DNA from: a virus
Lineage: Duplodnaviria > Caudoviricetes
Reading direction: 5' to 3' (one strand)
Virus record (IMG/VR): IMGVR_UViG_3300020045_012480
Location: 1-31,422 of that record
Length of the DNA stretch: 31,422 nt
Positions 26,155 to 31,422 of the stretch are shown here, in pieces. Position numbers and translations under genes: made by a program. Every line of letters starts with the position of its first letter. Positions within the stretch are counted from its first letter, which is position 1. The notes under the pieces were generated by a model. It worked only from the letters and a program-made list of their open reading frames with translations, did no database searches and was not told the DNA's origin.

Positions 26155-26355
26155 ATGATAAGCAATATAAACGTTAGACTCGGGGATAATGATAAATTAA
26201 TCTCTGATTTTATGCAGATTCAGACAAAAAAAAGTTCTACAATTAAGTTGTTGATAGAACTTGCAATAACAAATTATGGCATGATAGATATGCACAAGAT
26301 AAGCTCAAAAATCGAAGAAGAAAGGAGAAAAAAAATACTGCAAGGTTTGACTTAA
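26155..26355 (+). CDS. RHH-like DNA-binding protein (ParR-like pattern)
   Basis: GGAGGTG RBS; beta NINVRL, helices DKLISDFM and KSSTIKLLIELAI. Confidence 0.6.
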   Translation: MISNINVRLGDNDKLISDFMQIQTKKSSTIKLLIELAITNYGMIDMHKISSKIEEERRKKILQGLT

Positions 26356-26411
26356 TGAGTAGTATAAGGATTTCACATTTATAAAAAGTAAATTTATGAA
26401 AAAAATGAAAT

Positions 26412-26466
26412 AAAAAAGACAACAGCACACTGAGCAGCACTATTGTCTAGCAAATTTTATACTTAC
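26412..26466 (-). ncRNA. Predicted ~55-nt antisense small RNA
   Basis: Between a perfect promoter (26473-26501) and a 12-bp stem plus U6 terminator (26412-26448). Confidence 0.6.
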
Positions 26467-26472
26467 AAGAGC

Positions 26473-26501
26473 ATTATATTAACCTCTTGTGAGTATGTCA
26501 A
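26473..26501 (-). promoter_or_regulatory. Perfect consensus antisense promoter
   Basis: TTGACA-17-TATAAT; ACAAGAG/CTCTTGT inverted repeat flanks the -10. Confidence 0.8.
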
Positions 26502-26513
26502 GGGGGCATAAAT

Positions 26514-27878
26514 TTGAATAATGAAAAAACTAATACAAGCAATTTTATACTACTAGCATGCATAATATTAACGATTTTGACGATTTGGACAGAAGCAGCA
26601 AGCACAATATTAACTTTAGAATTATTTAGAAGTCTTGCAACTAGCAAGATAATGCAATTTGGAATGGTAGGTTTCGCAATTGCAAATGATTTTTTTAAAG
26701 TTTTTGGATTTACATTAGTATTAGTAGCATATAAGAGCAAGGATAAATTACGAACATCAATTTTTACTATAGTATCTATTATGTGTTTACTAGTCAGTTT
26801 AATGGCTAGTCAAAATCAGGATTTAAATATCTCGGCAAAAATACAAAATGAAACGATAACAAATAGTGATTCATATAAAATAAACAATGCTAGTATAAAG
26901 CAGAATTTGAATGATTCAGAAACATATACAAGTATGTTAAAAATAGCAATAGAGAGAAAGCGAAAGCTTATAAATGGTAAGCAATCAAAGTTTGAAGAAA
27001 TAAAAAATAATATAAATAAAAAATACAATAGTCAAATGTCGAATTATAAAAAAAATTACATAATAGCAAATGGAGTTATTCCACTACAACAAAAAATAAA
27101 GAAGGAAATAACATCAGAAGAAAAAAAATATACTGATGAAATAACAAATATAGAAAATGAAATAACAAATATAGAAAAAAACAAAAACAATATTGAATCA
27201 CGAAAAAACAACTTAATTAAAGATAAAAACAATATTGAAAACAGTAATATAAAAACAGAAAAAGGAATGAATAATTTAAGTGAATGGCTGAATTGTAGTG
27301 TTGGTAAAATAGGAATAGGAAAAAATATACATTTAGAGCTACTTGGAATTGTATTGTTTATAGCATTAGTATTTTGCTATAACTGGTATAAAAAAATGAA
27401 ACTAGAAGAAAATGACATACCATTGCTTGACAAGTTAAGTAACACAGCACAGGAAATTTTATCTAAAAAAGATAATACTATAGTTGCAATAAATAACAAC
27501 GATATAATATCTGAAAATACAAAAATAGGATTTAAAACTAATAAAAATGATAACAATAAAAATACTCCAACACTTGACTGCATAAAACGAGACGACACAT
27601 CAAAAATATCTAAGATTGATTTTATAAAATATATAAATGCTTTGTATAATCCAACTAATTTTTATCTTAATAAATATCCACCAGGTTATAAAAAAATTTC
27701 AGAAAAAACAAATTTAGACCAAACAAAAATAAAAAAAATTAGAGACACTTTAGAAATGACAAACATTATTGAAACTGGAAATGAACAAATAAGTAAAAAT
27801 AGAAAAATGAATGTAACTAAATTAATAATGAATAAGCAAACTGCACTTAAAAAAATAAATAAATTGGAGGAATTTTGA
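26514..27878 (+). CDS. Membrane protein: 3 TM, long coiled coil, TM, C-terminal putative winged HTH
   Basis: Hydrophobic segments at ~10-100 and ~273-291; heptad repeats; GYKKISEKTNLDQTKIKKIRDTLE...II. Confidence 0.7.
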   Translation: MNNEKTNTSNFILLACIILTILTIWTEAASTILTLELFRSLATSKIMQFGMVGFAIANDFFKVFGFTLVLVAYKSKDKLRTSIFTIVSIMCLLVSLMASQNQDLNISAKIQNETITNSDSYKINNASIKQNLNDSETYTSMLKIAIERKRKLINGKQSKFEEIKNNINKKYNSQMSNYKKNYIIANGVIPLQQKIKKEITSEEKKYTDEITNIENEITNIEKNKNNIESRKNNLIKDKNNIENSNIKTEKGMNNLSEWLNCSVGKIGIGKNIHLELLGIVLFIALVFCYNWYKKMKLEENDIPLLDKLSNTAQEILSKKDNTIVAINNNDIISENTKIGFKTNKNDNNKNTPTLDCIKRDDTSKISKIDFIKYINALYNPTNFYLNKYPPGYKKISEKTNLDQTKIKKIRDTLEMTNIIETGNEQISKNRKMNVTKLIMNKQTALKKINKLEEF

Positions 27879-28069
27879 TGAAATTAATATTTGAAAATGG
27901 ATTTGAAGTAGATGAAAGTGATTTTGACGAATATTTAACTTTAGAAGATTTAATAGAAGAAAGAACGTGTTTGAGCTGTAAATATTACGATAACAGAGAT
28001 AAAAATAGATGCGATAAATGTTTGAAAGGTGATGATTTATTTGAACAATGTAGATACACAAAAATATAA
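27875..28069 (+). CDS. Small Cys-rich protein
   Basis: CLSCKY...CDKC. Confidence 0.55.
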   Translation: MMKLIFENGFEVDESDFDEYLTLEDLIEERTCLSCKYYDNRDKNRCDKCLKGDDLFEQCRYTKI

Positions 28070-28484
28070 AGAAATGTTTTTAAAATCAGAAATGAGAAGA
28101 TTGGAATTGGAATTAGAAATAGCAGGGGCAAGCAAAGAACATATACAACAATTTAAAAAAATAATAGAAACAAATATTGAACATAAAAATATAAACAAAC
28201 GTGATCCAGATGTTGAAGAAAATTTTATAAAAATTAATGGAGCGTCTGATGAAGATATAAAAAAATATATAAAAACTGGATTTGAAAATTCAAATGAAAT
28301 TGATGGAAAAATAATATTTTCTGGATATACAAAAATACATAAAGAATCAGGATTAACTTTGAAAAAATGTAGAACTATAAATGCAGTTTTTTCAGAAAAT
28401 AAAATAACAGAGATAATATTAACTAAAATGGGTAAAAGGTCGATAATAAATTATACACAGAAACAATTGTTAGGAGATGATTAA
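28029..28484 (+). CDS. Soluble protein with the same putative winged-HTH domain as 26514..27878
   Basis: DIKKYI...SGYTKIHKESGLTLKKCRTI...KIT. Confidence 0.6.
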   Translation: MMIYLNNVDTQKYKEMFLKSEMRRLELELEIAGASKEHIQQFKKIIETNIEHKNINKRDPDVEENFIKINGASDEDIKKYIKTGFENSNEIDGKIIFSGYTKIHKESGLTLKKCRTINAVFSENKITEIILTKMGKRSIINYTQKQLLGDD

Positions 28485-28719
28485 AATAGACACACTTTTA
28501 ACAGACACAAGGATTAAAATGTTTAAAATGTTGGAATGTAAATCAACAGAACAATACGAGAAAATGTTGGAGGATATAGCTTGGTGGTACTTGTTCGCAT
28601 TAGAAAATGGATATGCAGTATCAGCAACAAAGGAGGTTTCACCATTAAGGATAGAAACATTAGAGCTACCAATCGAATTGAAAAATAATTATGAAATTAA
28701 TATGAATGGAGGAGTTTAA
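28477..28719 (+). CDS. Hypothetical protein
   Basis: Coupled ORF. Confidence 0.55.
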   Translation: MIKIDTLLTDTRIKMFKMLECKSTEQYEKMLEDIAWWYLFALENGYAVSATKEVSPLRIETLELPIELKNNYEINMNGGV

Positions 28720-28721
28720 AA

Positions 28722-28913
28722 ATGAAAAGTATGAGAATATTAATAATAGCAATAATAGTAACTTTTTTAATATCATTAATTGTATTTGCAAGTAGAGGCA
28801 TATTAGTAAGTAATAATAATAATACACATTATAGAAGTACTACATATAAAACTACAAACACAGCAAATAAAAAGAAAACAGTTAAACCAAAAATAAATAT
28901 TAAAAAAAGGTGA
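28722..28913 (+). CDS. Small membrane-anchored basic protein
   Basis: N-terminal TM, Lys-rich tail. Confidence 0.6.
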   Translation: MKSMRILIIAIIVTFLISLIVFASRGILVSNNNNTHYRSTTYKTTNTANKKKTVKPKINIKKR

Positions 28914-28919
28914 TTAATA

Positions 28920-29258
28920 TTGATTGATTATAAAAAATTATACTACAAAACACTCATTGAACTAGCTGAACTAAAAATAAAAAGTAACATAGACGTAAAT
29001 GAGAATATAGAAATATTAAAAAATACAATAATCGAAAGTTTGAAGGAAAGTGAAAACAATTTGACATACTTAGAAGAATTATCAAAAAGAGAAATGGAGG
29101 TACTAGAATTACTTTTACGAGGTCTCGCAACTGCAGAAATAGCAGAAAAATTATTCTTAAGCAAAAACACTGCAAAGAAACATATTTATAACATACTTGC
29201 CAAAGCAAACGTAAAAAACAGAACTGAACTGTTAATTCTGGGTAATCAAGAAAAATAA
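28920..29258 (+). CDS. LuxR/GerE-type HTH regulator
   Basis: LSKREMEVL.LL..G....EIAEKLFLS.NT.K.HI.NI..K..VKNRTEL. Confidence 0.9.
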   Translation: MIDYKKLYYKTLIELAELKIKSNIDVNENIEILKNTIIESLKESENNLTYLEELSKREMEVLELLLRGLATAEIAEKLFLSKNTAKKHIYNILAKANVKNRTELLILGNQEK

Positions 29259-29278
29259 ATAAAAAAGGGGATGTTTAA

Positions 29279-29458
29279 ATGAAATATATAAGAAGTGAGT
29301 TATTGAAAAAATTAAAAGATAATACAAAATTAATTAAAATTGGTGATTTTGAAGTAATAGGAAGCGAGCTTTATCATATGAAGATAAGAATATTTGCTGA
29401 CCAGTTGACAATTGATGAAGCAAGGAAAATATTGAAAAAATTGGAGGAATCAAAATGA
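29279..29458 (+). CDS. 59-aa protein (not in ORF track), paralog of the next gene
   Basis: KIGDFEVIGSELYH...RIFADQLT. Confidence 0.7.
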   Translation: MKYIRSELLKKLKDNTKLIKIGDFEVIGSELYHMKIRIFADQLTIDEARKILKKLEESK

Positions 29459-29628
29459 GAATAAAAAATAAGTTAGAAGATTTGCTACTTAGAAACATAG
29501 GAATAAAAATAGTTGGAGACTTTAGAGTCGTAGGCAACAACATTTATCACGAGATTACAGGGAATAGAATATTTGTAGATATGTTAACAGCTACAGAAAT
29601 GCAACAAATTATAAAAGAATTAAAATAA
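29455..29628 (+). CDS. 57-aa protein (not in ORF track), paralog of the previous gene
   Basis: GGAGG RBS, ATGA overlap; IVGDFRVVGNNIYH...RIFVDMLT. Confidence 0.7.
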   Translation: MRIKNKLEDLLLRNIGIKIVGDFRVVGNNIYHEITGNRIFVDMLTATEMQQIIKELK

Positions 29629-29631
29629 GTA

Positions 29632-29660
29632 TTGACTATACAATAATAGTATTGTACAGT
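29632..29660 (+). promoter_or_regulatory. Promoter/operator homologous to 16972-17000
   Basis: TTGACT-17-TACAGT; 44/49 identity with the reverse complement of 16956-17004. Confidence 0.8.
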
Positions 29661-29694
29661 ATGTATGTACTAAAAATTCAGAGGAGGTAACAAA

Positions 29695-30177
29695 ATGACA
29701 GTTAAAAGATTAATGGAAATTTTATCAAAAATAGAAAACAAAGAAACAGAAATACAAATAAAAAATTCTTACAATGCACTTGGAAATATAAGTAGTTTGC
29801 AACAAGTTGAAAAAACTACATACAGTTTTTTTGGTGAAAACATAGATTGTATCGTATTTGATACAAAAATAAATAGTGATGAAGAAGCATACAAAGATTT
29901 TATATGTAACAATAATACACTATATGAGGATTTAAATGAATTAGAAAAGGTGATAGTTGATAAAATGCTTGAAATTAATAATACAGGAATGAAAATAGTT
30001 GATATTTACGAATTGTTTAACAACACAAATAATACAGCCGTATCAATCGTATCAGCTATAAATAGCTCAGAAGACAAAAAAATATTAGAAAGAATAGCTT
30101 CAGGAAGTAATGAAGGTAAATTTTATCTTACAAAAAGTTTTGTTGAAGAATTTAAAAATAGAAAAGAGGAAGATTAA
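29695..30177 (+). CDS. Hypothetical protein
   Basis: GGAGGT RBS; MTVK.L.E.L N-terminus. Confidence 0.65.
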   Translation: MTVKRLMEILSKIENKETEIQIKNSYNALGNISSLQQVEKTTYSFFGENIDCIVFDTKINSDEEAYKDFICNNNTLYEDLNELEKVIVDKMLEINNTGMKIVDIYELFNNTNNTAVSIVSAINSSEDKKILERIASGSNEGKFYLTKSFVEEFKNRKEED

Positions 30178-30398
30178 TGAAAAAATTTACTTTTACATTA
30201 GATAAAGAGACAATTGAAATGCTTAATAAATTAAGTAAAAATGGTATTCCTAAATCATTTTTGATTAGAAAAGGAATACGGGAATTATTTTTAAAAGAGT
30301 TTGAACCTGAACTCGAAAAAGTACTAGAAGAAATAAAATGTGAAAATAAAGTTAATATTGGTACAAAGTTTATAAAAAATAATACATTTGATATATAA
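30177..30398 (+). CDS. Ribbon-helix-helix regulator
   Basis: KKFTFTLDKETIEMLNKLSKNGIPKSFLIRKGI. Confidence 0.8.
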   Translation: MKKFTFTLDKETIEMLNKLSKNGIPKSFLIRKGIRELFLKEFEPELEKVLEEIKCENKVNIGTKFIKNNTFDI

Positions 30399-30450
30399 AA
30401 CGAAAAAAGTACTAGAAGATGTGAAATAAACTAAAAAGGATGTGTAAATA

Positions 30451-30973
30451 ATGAAATATAGTGATATAAAAAAAAGCAGTAGAACCTGGGCAATGGGAAT
30501 GCAGCTTTAGTATAAAAGGATTTGTTGAAAATATAGAAAAATGGAAAGGAGAAGGGTTGAATCTACAGCCAGAATTTCAAAGGGGACATGTTTGGAATAT
30601 AGGACAACAAGAAAAGTATATAGCAGCACTTTTAGAAAACAGAATAAAAAATGCAGATACAATATTTTTAAATTGTCCAAACTGGAATTCTGGTGGATAT
30701 GAAAATTTTGTTTGTGTAGATGGATTGCAAAGAATAACAGCAGTAACAAATTTTTATAATAATAAAATAAAGTACAATGACATTTATTTTATTAATGATT
30801 TTGAAGACAAAATAGCAATGTTAAGATATCACCTACTTAAAATAAATATAAACACGTTAAAAACAAACAAAGAAGTTATGGAATGGTATATAGATATGAA
30901 TAGTGGTGGAACAATACACACAGAAGAAGAAATAATAAGAGTAAGAGAATTAATATTGCTAGAAGATATATAA
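30451..30973 (+). pseudogene. DUF262 (ParB-superfamily) domain protein, frameshifted in an A8 run
   Basis: QPEFQRGHVW, VCVDGLQRIT, MNSGGT; ATG/RBS at 30451 is one base out of frame. Confidence 0.7.
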
Positions 30974-30990
30974 AAAAATAATAATTATAA

Positions 30991-31022
30991 AAAAATAACT
31001 CAGTCATATGAGTTATTTTTTT
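30991..31022 (+). terminator. Bidirectional intrinsic terminator
   Basis: aaaataactca-gtcata-tgagttatttt. Confidence 0.75.
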
Positions 31023-31285
31023 GTTAAAATCAATAAAATCGCATTTTATATTAAATTGTTGTGTGAGTCTATTTATTTTATAGTAGTCTATACACTGTCC
31101 ACAAAAAAATCTGACTACTCGTACACGGATCACATTTTAATCATCTCCAGTACTTTTTATTTTACAAGATTATTAACTAACTATTACACTAATTTTTCTA
31201 CTTATTAAAAATTATACTATACATTATAATTTTAATATAATATAATTATTGCGATTTTAAAATTAAAATAGAAAAGAGTGATAAC

Positions 31286-31422
31286 ATGTTAAAACTTAAA
31301 AAACGTAACATAATGATACTTAGTATTTTATTAGTGTTTGCATTGTCTATGAGTAGTTTTGCAGCTGCACAGACATGGACAACACAAAAACCATCATATG
31401 ATACATATGTAAATGATGTACT
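31286..31422 (+). CDS. Secreted protein, 5' partial
   Basis: Sec signal MLKLKKRNIMILSILLVFALSMSSFA-AAQ; runs off the window. Confidence 0.65.
   Translation, partial: MLKLKKRNIMILSILLVFALSMSSFAAAQTWTTQKPSYDTYVNDV

Noticed and set aside
27136-27177. 21-bp tandem repeat as a DNA site
   Set aside because: Encodes one coiled-coil heptad (EITNIEN) twice
22542-30973. Ssp/Dnd phosphorothioate system (PAPS reductase plus DUF262)
   Set aside because: Genes are 7 kb apart in opposite operons; no desulfurase, ATPase or nickase partners
25925-31208. Minus-strand ORFs in the right arm and ORF 31008..31208
   Set aside because: Shadows of plus-strand genes or low-complexity intergenic frames
1-31422. tRNA/rRNA genes, IS elements, stop-codon reassignment
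   Set aside because: No cloverleaf or transposase recognised; core genes are full length in the standard code

Overview
AT-rich temperate tailed phage (siphovirus-type, Clostridia-like host signals) that looks like a phage-plasmid. 1-16.4 kb (minus strand) is the late region: tyrosine-recombinase-like gene, TerS, TerL, SPP1-type portal, scaffold, major capsid, a long run of accessory virion genes, neck genes, two paralogous tail-tube genes, a -1-frameshifted tail chaperone and the start of the tape measure, which is joined to a 121-bp duplicate at the window edge. 16.5-25.8 kb (minus) is the early/middle region: Bet recombinase, Xis-like HTH pair, a Rep_3-like plasmid initiator with a 4x22-bp iteron origin, ArpU/RinA-like activator, MazG-like protein, PAPS-reductase-family protein, DnaC-like loader and phage replisome organizer. 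25.9-31.0 kb (plus) is a divergent operon with ribbon-helix-helix (RHH) proteins, a membrane/coiled-coil/winged-helix protein and its soluble paralog, a LuxR HTH and a frameshifted DUF262-like gene. No full-length integrase, CI-type repressor or ParA/ParM ATPase is visible. Most notable: two complete replication systems plus a relic of a third, four ~104-bp geometrically conserved intergenic elements, a candidate ATPase-free membrane-tether segregation module preceded by an antisense small RNA, and several operator families. All family calls come from recognising motifs by eye; no database search was run.
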